A stretch of 32,000 bases of DNA from an uncultured archaeon (GTDB lineage: Archaea; Iainarchaeota; Iainarchaeia; Iainarchaeales; CSSED10-239). The notes beneath the pieces were generated by a model. That model was not told where the DNA came from. It saw only the letters and a list, made by a program, of their open reading frames with translations, and searched no databases. The DNA is taken from positions 23,640 to 55,639 of the forward strand of contig CAZPGO010000005.1 in the NCBI GenBank assembly GCA_964586355.1, given 5' to 3'. The stretch's first letter is position 1. The number at the start of each line of letters is the position of its first letter. The position numbers and the translations under genes were made by a program. Below are positions 17,919 through 25,261 of the stretch, piece by piece.

Positions 17919-18503
17919 ATGAATAAACCGATTATAATTGCAATTTGTGGAAGAAGTTGTAGTGGTAAATCTACAATAGCTAAAAAATTGGTTTCTGATT
18001 TTTCGAATCTTTTTGAATATGTTCCAGCAGATAAATTTATTATTTCTTATAATGATCAAAATAGATCTTTAATAGAATGGGAAAGACCAGAAAGTCTTAG
18101 AATTGATAAATTAATTGAATGTTTAAAAAATATAAAACAAGGTAAATCGATAAAAATACCTTCAAAAAGATGTACCGAAATTTTTGATAAAGAAATTTTG
18201 CCAAAAAAATTTATACTTGTTGATGGTTTCTTGCTTTTTACTAATTTTGATTTATTAAAACTTTTTGATTATAAAATTTTTATTGATATTTCTGATGGTG
18301 AAATATTAGATAGAAGATTAAAAAGAAAAGAAAATGATTCTTTTTTAGATACTCTTAATTATATTAAAGAAAAAATAATACCTATAAGTAAAGAATATGA
18401 AGATCAACAAAAGCAAAATGCAGACCTTATTATTTCTTCAGAACATTCTTTTGATGCTATTTATGAATTAATAAAAAATAAAATATTTAGTGATTTTATC
18501 TGA
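17919..18503 (+). CDS. P-loop nucleoside kinase, uridine kinase/PRK-family-like
   Basis: IIAICGRSCSGKSTIAKKL (P-loop), ILVDGFLLF, and IFIDISDGEILDRRLKR, which resembles the udk pattern ifvd.d.d.rl.RR. Substrate not determinable. Confidence 0.6.
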   Translation: MNKPIIIAICGRSCSGKSTIAKKLVSDFSNLFEYVPADKFIISYNDQNRSLIEWERPESLRIDKLIECLKNIKQGKSIKIPSKRCTEIFDKEILPKKFILVDGFLLFTNFDLLKLFDYKIFIDISDGEILDRRLKRKENDSFLDTLNYIKEKIIPISKEYEDQQKQNADLIISSEHSFDAIYELIKNKIFSDFI

Positions 18504-18595
18504 TTTTTTATTGTTTTTTTAAGAATTTGTTTTTTAAAATATTTTTGAGATTTTTTTAAAAAAGATTTTAAGGATCTGTTTATAAACATTTTGTT

Positions 18596-18615
18596 ACTTG
18601 TATATATATACAAGT
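18596..18615. promoter_or_regulatory. Perfect 20-bp palindrome ACTTGTATATATATACAAGT containing a TATA box; candidate ArsR operator/promoter
   Basis: The reverse complement of the first 10 nt equals the last 10 nt. The centre lies about 25 nt upstream of ATG 18630, consistent with a leaderless or short-leader transcript. Confidence 0.6.
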
Positions 18616-18629
18616 GATTTGTGATAAAA

Positions 18630-18899
18630 ATGAATCAATATTTACTATTTAAGGCTCTTGGAGATAAAACCAGGTTTTTAATTGTTGAAAAACTTTTAGA
18701 AAACAAGAAAAATTGCTGTACAGATCTTGCAAATATAACTAATAGAGATCTTTCAACAATTTCAAGGCAACTAGAGATTCTAAAAAAAGCAAATATTATA
18801 GAAATAAAAAAAATAAAAAAAAACAAGTGTATAAGTCTAACAAATAAAACAGCAATAAAAAAAATAATAAAAGATATTAATAAAATAAAAGAGGAGTAA
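18630..18899 (+). CDS. ArsR/SmtB-family transcriptional regulator
   Basis: LFKALGDKTRFLIVEKLLENKKNCCTDLANITNRDLSTISRQLEILKKANII is the ArsR wHTH, with a vicinal Cys pair where ELCVCDL sits in ArsR. The ORF track starts at GTG 18621; ATG 18630 is preferred. Confidence 0.85.
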   Translation: MNQYLLFKALGDKTRFLIVEKLLENKKNCCTDLANITNRDLSTISRQLEILKKANIIEIKKIKKNKCISLTNKTAIKKIIKDINKIKEE

Positions 18900-18902
18900 A
18901 AT

Positions 18903-19133
18903 ATGACAAATGTTATTGTATATTCTACAAAAATGTGTCCTTATTGTGTACTTGCTAAAAAATATTTAGAATCTAAAAATGTTGATTTTACAGATGTGGA
19001 TGTAAGTAGCGATTATAGTAAGGCATTAGAAATGGTTAAAAAATCAGGTCAACAAGGAGTTCCAGTAATAGATATTGATGGACAAATTATTGTTGGTTTT
19101 GATAGACAAAAAATAGATCAAATACTTAAATAA
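18903..19133 (+). CDS. Glutaredoxin-like small redox protein (CPYC)
   Basis: VIVYSTKMCPYCVLAKKYL...GVPVIDIDGQIIVGFD is the classic Grx/NrdH fold pattern. GAGGAG is upstream. Confidence 0.85.
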   Translation: MTNVIVYSTKMCPYCVLAKKYLESKNVDFTDVDVSSDYSKALEMVKKSGQQGVPVIDIDGQIIVGFDRQKIDQILK

Positions 19134-19154
19134 AATTTTTGGAGGTAGAAAATA

Positions 19155-19808
19155 ATGGATACACAAAACACATTTCCGTTAATCGGAGATAAATTACCAG
19201 AAATGGTTGTACAAACAACAAAAGGGGTTATAAATTTACCAGAAGCTTATAATGGCAAATGGTTAGTTTTATTTAGTCATCCAGGAGACTTTACTCCAGT
19301 ATGTACTACAGAGTTTGTAAGTTTTGCAAAGAAAAAAGAAGAATTTGATAAACTTAACACAGAATTATTAGGCTTATCAATGGATCAAGTACAATCACAT
19401 ATTGTTTGGGAAAATTGGATTAAAGAAAACCTAAATCAAGAAATTAATTTTCCAATAATTGCTGATTCAGGAAAAGTTGCAACAAAATTAGGTATGCTTC
19501 ATCCAAACAAAGGATCTAACACAGTAAGAGCTGTTTTTATTATAGATCCTAATGGTATAATAAGACTAATCATGTACTACCCACAAGAGATTGGTAGAAA
19601 TGTTGATGAAGTTATTAGAAGTATAAAAGCACTACAAGTAACAGATAAACATAATGTGGCAACACCAGAAAACTGGCCAAATAATCCAATAATAAAAGAT
19701 AATGTGATTATTCCACCAGCAAAAGACACGAAAACAGCAAAGCAAAGATTAATTGACTATAAAGATAGTTGCTTTGATTGGTGGATGTGTTATAAGAAAC
19801 TTGAATAA
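19155..19808 (+). CDS. Peroxiredoxin (Prx6-like / archaeal thioredoxin-peroxidase type)
   Basis: [18 protein letters not shown] peroxidatic Cys motif and a C-terminal CFDWWMC Cys pair, as I recall for archaeal Prx. GGAGGT is upstream. Confidence 0.92.
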   Translation: MDTQNTFPLIGDKLPEMVVQTTKGVINLPEAYNGKWLVLFSHPGDFTPVCTTEFVSFAKKKEEFDKLNTELLGLSMDQVQSHIVWENWIKENLNQEINFPIIADSGKVATKLGMLHPNKGSNTVRAVFIIDPNGIIRLIMYYPQEIGRNVDEVIRSIKALQVTDKHNVATPENWPNNPIIKDNVIIPPAKDTKTAKQRLIDYKDSCFDWWMCYKKLE

Positions 19809-19810
19809 AG

Positions 19811-19827
19811 TTTCTTTTCTTTTTTTT
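19811..19827 (+). terminator. Oligo-T tract after the peroxiredoxin gene
   Basis: tttcttttctttttttt sits immediately after the stop codon. Archaeal terminators are T-runs. Confidence 0.45.
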
Positions 19828-19874
19828 AAAATATTCAAAAACATATATAAACTTATTTTCTATTTAATATATAT

Positions 19875-21011
19875 GTGAATAAAAAACAAAAGATCTACCT
19901 AAGAGTAATAATAATATTAGTTTTACTAATTTTTTTAATATCTGTAGTACTTTTAAATAATAATTATCAACTACTTTTAAATGATTATAAAGATCTAAAT
20001 AATAAACATAATGATCTTATTACACAAAACAATCTACTTCTAACCATAAATCAAAACACTCAAAAAGATCTAGAAGAATTAGGTCTTCTCTATAGTGATT
20101 TATTAGCAAATTATGAATCTCAATTAGAAATAAACAAAGATCTAGAAAATAGTTTTGAAAAGTTAGATCAAGAACATACAATTGTTTTAGAAGACTATAA
20201 TACACTTATGTTAGAAATAGGCATATTCAAAAAAAATATTGAAGAATCCATGAACTGGTTTAGAGTAAACTCTACAATTGATGATCTGAAAAATGTAAGA
20301 AGAATTAAAAATTATCTAAAAGATTGTGTAATTTGTAATGATAATTATTGTAATATAAAAACAGCTTGTATATATCTAATAAATAAAAATGAATTATATT
20401 TAGAATATCAACTAGATGATATAACTTCAGAAACAGAAGATAAACTACAATCACTTGAATCTTTTATTACTAATAAAAAAGGAGATTGTGAAGATTTTTC
20501 TTTATTGTTTACTGCCGAGATTAGATATTTAATTGATTATGTTAGATCTTTAAATAAAACACCAATAATTGAAGGAATTACAGAATCTAACACCACAAAA
20601 AATTATTGGATTATAGAAAATAAATGGTATTATTCTGGTGGTATAGACGAAAAAATATTAAGTGAAGAATATATCTATCCATCTGTAGTTTGTGGAAATC
20701 TTTTTGATCCAAATACAGAAGAATATAATGGTCATTGTGCGGTTGGTTTTTTTAATAGAGAGATTAATAATAATATAGATCTACAACTAATAGAGAATAT
20801 TGAAATAATAGAACCACAAAATGGGTTATATATAGGATCTGCAGAAAATAATGGTTTGTTTAATATTAATGATCAAGATTATATTTATAGTGTTATTACG
20901 GAGAAAGATTATTATTTAAATGGATATAGACTATTTAAAAAAGATGATCTTTCTTGGTATAGTTATGGACATTATTTGAATAAAATAAAAGATTTAGAAT
21001 TTAAAAAATAA
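19875..21011 (+). CDS. N-terminally anchored coiled-coil protein with a transglutaminase-like cysteine-protease-fold domain
   Basis: TM (VIIILVLLIFLISVVLL), about 90 aa of heptad-like Leu/Asn-rich sequence, then KKGDCEDFSLLFTAEIRY (catalytic Cys motif), NGHCAVGFF (His) and IEIIEPQNG (acidic). GTG start about 25 nt after a TATA-like catatataaac. Confidence 0.55.
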   Translation: MNKKQKIYLRVIIILVLLIFLISVVLLNNNYQLLLNDYKDLNNKHNDLITQNNLLLTINQNTQKDLEELGLLYSDLLANYESQLEINKDLENSFEKLDQEHTIVLEDYNTLMLEIGIFKKNIEESMNWFRVNSTIDDLKNVRRIKNYLKDCVICNDNYCNIKTACIYLINKNELYLEYQLDDITSETEDKLQSLESFITNKKGDCEDFSLLFTAEIRYLIDYVRSLNKTPIIEGITESNTTKNYWIIENKWYYSGGIDEKILSEEYIYPSVVCGNLFDPNTEEYNGHCAVGFFNREINNNIDLQLIENIEIIEPQNGLYIGSAENNGLFNINDQDYIYSVITEKDYYLNGYRLFKKDDLSWYSYGHYLNKIKDLEFKK

Positions 21012-21036
21012 AATTATTAAAAAAATAAATTAGGAT

Positions 21037-22389
21037 ATGGTAAAAATGATAGATTTTGTGTTTGGTTCTCAATGGGGAGATGAAGGAAAGGGTAAAATAA
21101 TTGATTATCTTACTCAAAAGTCAGATGTTGTTTTAAAACATCATGGCGGTGCAAATGCAGGGCACACAATATATGTAAATGATGAAAAATTTGTTTTTCA
21201 TTTAATACCTGGGGGAATATTACATAATGATAAACTTTGTGTTATTGGTAATGATACTGTTTTAGATTTGTTAACATTAAAAGACGAAATTTCTTTTTTA
21301 AAAAGTAAAAATATTTCTTATAAAAATAGATTGTTTATTGGTCAAAAAGCACATATTACTTTTCCATATCATAGATTATTGGATGTTGCATTAGAAATAA
21401 AAAAAGGAAAAGGTGCTGTTGGTACAACCGCAAGAGGAATAGGTCCTACCTATGCTGATAAAATAAACAGAATTGGAATTACTGCTTATGATTTATTAAA
21501 TAAAAAAAAATTGAGAGAAAAGTTAATTGTGGCAAGTAATTCTGCAATAGATGTTGTGAAAAAAGTTTATGGAGTTAATAATAATAAAATTAAAGAGATC
21601 TTATCTAATTTTAATTATTTAGATTTTAATGCAGATGTGTTTTATGATTCTAAGAAAATATTAAATATAGATAAGATGGTTGATACATATTATGCTATTG
21701 GTCAGGAACTTAAAAAAAATGTTGTTGATGTAACATTATTTATGAATACTAAATTAGAAATAAATAAAAAAATACTAGCAGAAGGATCTCATGGTATACA
21801 GTTAGACATTAATTATGGCACTTATCCTTTTGTAACAACCTCTGTATGTACTGTTGGAAATGTTTTTTCTTCTGTTGGTGTTTCTTCTAGATATTTAAAT
21901 AAATCTATAGGTATTGTTAAAGCATATACTACCAGGGTTGGTGCAGGTCCATTTCCTACCGAATTAAATGATTGTGTTGGCAAATATTTACAAGAAAATG
22001 GAAAAGAATTTGGTGCCACAACAGGAAGAAAAAGAAGATGTGGTTGGTTAGATTTATCGCTTATTAGGCATGCTAAGATGTTAAATGGTATGACTGAAAT
22101 TGCATTAACAAAAATTGATGTTCTTACAAGTTTAAAAAAAATTAAAGTTTCTGTTGGTTATAAGTTAAAGAATGGCTCTATAATTAAGCATGTGCCTTAT
22201 GATCTTTATGATGTTAAACCAGTCTATAAAGAATTATCTGGTTGGAATGAAAATATCAGTAATATAAAAAAATATACTGATCTTCCATCAAATCTAAAGA
22301 AATATATTGAATTTATAGAAAAAGAAATTGGTGTGAAAGTAAAATATATATCTGTTGGACCAAATAGAGATCAAACAATAATAAGATAA
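21037..22389 (+). CDS. purA: Adenylosuccinate synthetase
   Basis: GSQWGDEGKGKIIDYL, GGANAGHTI, TTARGIGPTYADK and GATTGRKRRCGWLDL. The alternative start at 21046 (MIDF...) cannot be excluded. Confidence 0.92.
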   Translation: MVKMIDFVFGSQWGDEGKGKIIDYLTQKSDVVLKHHGGANAGHTIYVNDEKFVFHLIPGGILHNDKLCVIGNDTVLDLLTLKDEISFLKSKNISYKNRLFIGQKAHITFPYHRLLDVALEIKKGKGAVGTTARGIGPTYADKINRIGITAYDLLNKKKLREKLIVASNSAIDVVKKVYGVNNNKIKEILSNFNYLDFNADVFYDSKKILNIDKMVDTYYAIGQELKKNVVDVTLFMNTKLEINKKILAEGSHGIQLDINYGTYPFVTTSVCTVGNVFSSVGVSSRYLNKSIGIVKAYTTRVGAGPFPTELNDCVGKYLQENGKEFGATTGRKRRCGWLDLSLIRHAKMLNGMTEIALTKIDVLTSLKKIKVSVGYKLKNGSIIKHVPYDLYDVKPVYKELSGWNENISNIKKYTDLPSNLKKYIEFIEKEIGVKVKYISVGPNRDQTIIR

Positions 22390-22399
22390 ATGATTTTTA

Positions 22400-23107
22400 A
22401 TGAGATTTAAATTAGTAAAGAAAAAAGCAGTTAGCTCAAAAAAACCAGTAAAACCAATAAATTCTAAAAGCAAAAATAAAAGTGGTATAATTTTAAGATC
22501 TTTTAGAGCATTTGTAAAAAAAAAGATTTTACCAAAAATAAAAATAGTTGGTGAAAACTTAATTTCTCAAGAATTAAATAAAGGGCCAGTTGTTATTTTA
22601 AGTAGTCATAATTTTAAGAACGATTATTTTCTAATAGAAGCAATTTCCCCTAAGCATGTTTTTGCTATTGGAGATCCAGGTGTTGCAATTAAACAAGGAA
22701 CATATATAAGGGGTTTTAATATTCCTGGGGTAAGAGAATTAATGCATCAATTAGGAATAATAGAAATAAATAGAAAAAAACCAGCTGCTGGATTAAGATC
22801 TGCAATTGAAAATAGTGTTAGTTTATTAGAAAAAGGAGAAGCAATTTGTATTTTTCCAAAAGGCTATGGAGGAAAAGCAGGAACTGCAAGAGATCAAAGT
22901 TTAGGCGAAAGTACTAGTAGAAGTAGTGCTTTATTTATTTTACAAGAAGCAGAAAAAAGATTAGGCAAAAAAATTCCAATTGTTTTTGTGAGATCTGTAG
23001 ATTCTAAAGAAGGAGTTCTTATGAAAATGGAAAAAGGCTTTTTGCCAGAAAAGTTTGATCGTAAAAAATTAGCTTTAGATTATATTGATAAAATAGAAAA
23101 CCTATAA
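22400..23107 (+). CDS. PlsC-like (lysophospholipid) acyltransferase-family protein with a Lys-rich N-terminus
   Basis: VVILSSHNFKNDYF contains the HX4D motif, and ICIFPKGYGG resembles the FPEG block. Family-level call only. Confidence 0.5.
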   Translation: MRFKLVKKKAVSSKKPVKPINSKSKNKSGIILRSFRAFVKKKILPKIKIVGENLISQELNKGPVVILSSHNFKNDYFLIEAISPKHVFAIGDPGVAIKQGTYIRGFNIPGVRELMHQLGIIEINRKKPAAGLRSAIENSVSLLEKGEAICIFPKGYGGKAGTARDQSLGESTSRSSALFILQEAEKRLGKKIPIVFVRSVDSKEGVLMKMEKGFLPEKFDRKKLALDYIDKIENL

Positions 23108-24688
23108 CTTTTTTCTATTTCTTATTTGTCTATTATAAGTTATGGCAAATCTATGAGCCTCATCCCTTATTCTTTGAAGAAGTTGTAAAGATTGATCTTT
23201 TTTAGACAATTTAATTGGAAAAAGATTATCAACTTTAAATATTTCTTCATCCCTTTTTGCAAGAGAAATTAGATCTATCTTATCTAAGACATCTAGTTCT
23301 TTTAAAATCTCTTTAGCACAAGATAATTGGCCCTTACCACCATCAATAACAATTAGGTTTGGAAGATCTTTTTTTTCTTTAACTAGTCTAGAATATCTTC
23401 TTTTAACAACCTCTTTAATAGAAGAAAAATCATCAATCTTATCTTTAGGTAAAGATCTTATCTTAAATTTTCTATAATTTTTTTTATCTGGTAGGCCATT
23501 TTTAAAATAAACCATAGAACCAACAGTGTCTTTTCCAGAAAAATGAGATATATCAAAGCATTCTATAACTTTTGGCAAATATTTAAGATTAAGTTTTTTT
23601 TTAAGATCTTCTAATATTAGTTCATTTTTAAAGAAATTAAGTTCAATATTTTTTTTACAAAGATCAAGAAGTTCTTTTTTTTCTCCTTTTTTCGGAATTG
23701 TTATTTTTAGATTAGATATTTTTATGTGCTCTAAATACTTAATTGTATTTGAATCTATTTTTTTAGACAATATGATCTCTTTAGGTATTACATTATTAGA
23801 ATAATAATTAATTAAAAAATCATCCATTATAGATATATCAATTAAATTAATATCTATTTTTTTATCTATTTTATTTACTAATGTTCCTTTATCTATATTA
23901 AATAATAATACATATGCAATATTTTCTTTAATAATGAAATCAACAACATCCTGATCATAGGTTTTTTTTGTTTCAACATTTTGTTTTTCTGTTAAATATT
24001 TTATGGCTGTTATTTGATCTCTTAATATTAGAGATCTTTCAAAGTTTTTTTTATTTGTATATTCTTTCATTTTTTTATTAAGCTCTTCTATTAACTCAGC
24101 ACTTTTACCAGAAAGTATTTTTTTTATGTGTTCAATAATTTCTTGATATTCTTTTTCAGTGATTTTTTTAATACATGGTGCAGAGCAATAACCAATATGA
24201 TATCTTATACAGGGAGTTTTTGGTAATCTTTTACAAGTTCTTAATTTAAAGGTTTTATTTAGATATTTAATAAGATTAGATCTATTTTGTCCAGAAACAA
24301 AAGGCCCAAAAACATTTTCATCTTTTAAATCTGGTTTTTCTCTTTGTGTTAATAATCTTGGAAATTTTTCTGGACTTATTTTTATGTAAGCATACCTTTC
24401 TGAGTTTTTTAGATCTATGTTGTATTTAGGTAAATGTTTTTTTATTAAAGTGTTTTCTAGAATTAATGCTTCAAGCTCATTATTAGTAACAATAAAATCA
24501 ATATTAGAAATATTTGAAATTAAGCTTTGTGTTTTTGGTGTTTGATCTTTATTTAAAAAATAAGAAGACACTCTTTTTTTCAGATTTTTGGCTTTTCCAA
24601 CATAAATAATTGAATTTTCTTTATCTTTATAGATATAACATCCAGGGTTATTTGGTATTTTACTTAGATCAATCATACTTTTTACCAT
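23102..24688 (-). CDS. uvrC: Excinuclease ABC subunit C, short form without a C-terminal (HhH)2 domain
   Basis: GIY-YIG (PGCYIYKDKENSIIYVGKAKNLKKRVSSYF), Cys cluster (RTCKRLPKTPCIRYHIGYCSAPC), UVR domain (FERSLILRDQITAIKYL), and the endonuclease-V-like domain ending DEAHRFAITYNRQIRNRKKL. Confidence 0.9.
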   Translation of the reverse strand: MVKSMIDLSKIPNNPGCYIYKDKENSIIYVGKAKNLKKRVSSYFLNKDQTPKTQSLISNISNIDFIVTNNELEALILENTLIKKHLPKYNIDLKNSERYAYIKISPEKFPRLLTQREKPDLKDENVFGPFVSGQNRSNLIKYLNKTFKLRTCKRLPKTPCIRYHIGYCSAPCIKKITEKEYQEIIEHIKKILSGKSAELIEELNKKMKEYTNKKNFERSLILRDQITAIKYLTEKQNVETKKTYDQDVVDFIIKENIAYVLLFNIDKGTLVNKIDKKIDINLIDISIMDDFLINYYSNNVIPKEIILSKKIDSNTIKYLEHIKISNLKITIPKKGEKKELLDLCKKNIELNFFKNELILEDLKKKLNLKYLPKVIECFDISHFSGKDTVGSMVYFKNGLPDKKNYRKFKIRSLPKDKIDDFSSIKEVVKRRYSRLVKEKKDLPNLIVIDGGKGQLSCAKEILKELDVLDKIDLISLAKRDEEIFKVDNLFPIKLSKKDQSLQLLQRIRDEAHRFAITYNRQIRNRKKL

Positions 24689-24947
24689 AAATCTTATCTC
24701 TATGTTCTAGATATCTAAATATTATTCTGTTATTTTTTTTATCCACAAAAAATATTAAAATAAATTGTTCAGTAATATGAATTCTTTTATATTTTTGTAA
24801 AGGTTTTTTATGATTTTTATAATGATCTAAAAATTTGTTTTTTTTAATTTCGTCTATTTTTGTGAACAAGTAAATAGCTAATGATTTATTCTTTAAAGAT
24901 AATTTTTTAATTATTTTATCTAATTCCGGATGGATCTCATATTCCAT
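24669..24947 (-). CDS. RelE/ParE-superfamily-like toxin (92 aa)
   Basis: Size and pattern resemble archaeal RelE: ...KKLSLKNKSLAIYLFTKIDEIKKN...LQKYKRIHITEQFILIFFVDKKNNRIIFRYLEHRDKIY. It starts 1 nt after the upstream antitoxin-like ORF, and its 3' end overlaps the uvrC start. Confidence 0.62.
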   Translation of the reverse strand: MEYEIHPELDKIIKKLSLKNKSLAIYLFTKIDEIKKNKFLDHYKNHKKPLQKYKRIHITEQFILIFFVDKKNNRIIFRYLEHRDKIYGKKYD

Positions 24948-24948
24948 A

Positions 24949-25197
24949 TTAGTAATCTATTTTATATCTTTTTTTAAGTTCGTCGACAGATTTGAATTTT
25001 ATTCCTGATTTATATTTTTTATCGCCATCTAATATTTTCTTAACAAATTCTGGTCTTAATTCAGGTTCAAGATTTGTTTCAGAATATTTTGTTACAACTA
25101 AAGTTATTGCTTCGGCTTTGTTTTTTAGATTATGTTGTGCTTTTATGATATTTAAGGTTTGATTAATTTCAATGGGTAGATCGATTAATGCTTTCAT
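24949..25197 (-). CDS. Antitoxin-like small DNA-binding protein (RHH / DUF2683-like)
   Basis: MKALIDLPIEINQTLNIIKAQHNLKNKAEAITLVV... GGAGG lies 8 nt upstream of ATG 25197. The ORF track extends to 25248, but that extension is hydrophobic and AT-rich. A paralogous remnant sits at 906..1064. Confidence 0.6.
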   Translation of the reverse strand: MKALIDLPIEINQTLNIIKAQHNLKNKAEAITLVVTKYSETNLEPELRPEFVKKILDGDKKYKSGIKFKSVDELKKRYKIDY

Positions 25198-25261
25198 GTA
25201 CTTTGCCTCCATTAATATTCGTATATATATATTAATAGTTGTTAACATTTATTAACTTTCC

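Noticed and set aside
21037-22389. The long (450-aa) PurA as an anomaly for an archaeon
   Set aside because: All catalytic motifs are intact and the size is normal for the bacterial/eukaryotic-type enzyme. Without a phylogeny there is nothing sequence-level to flag.
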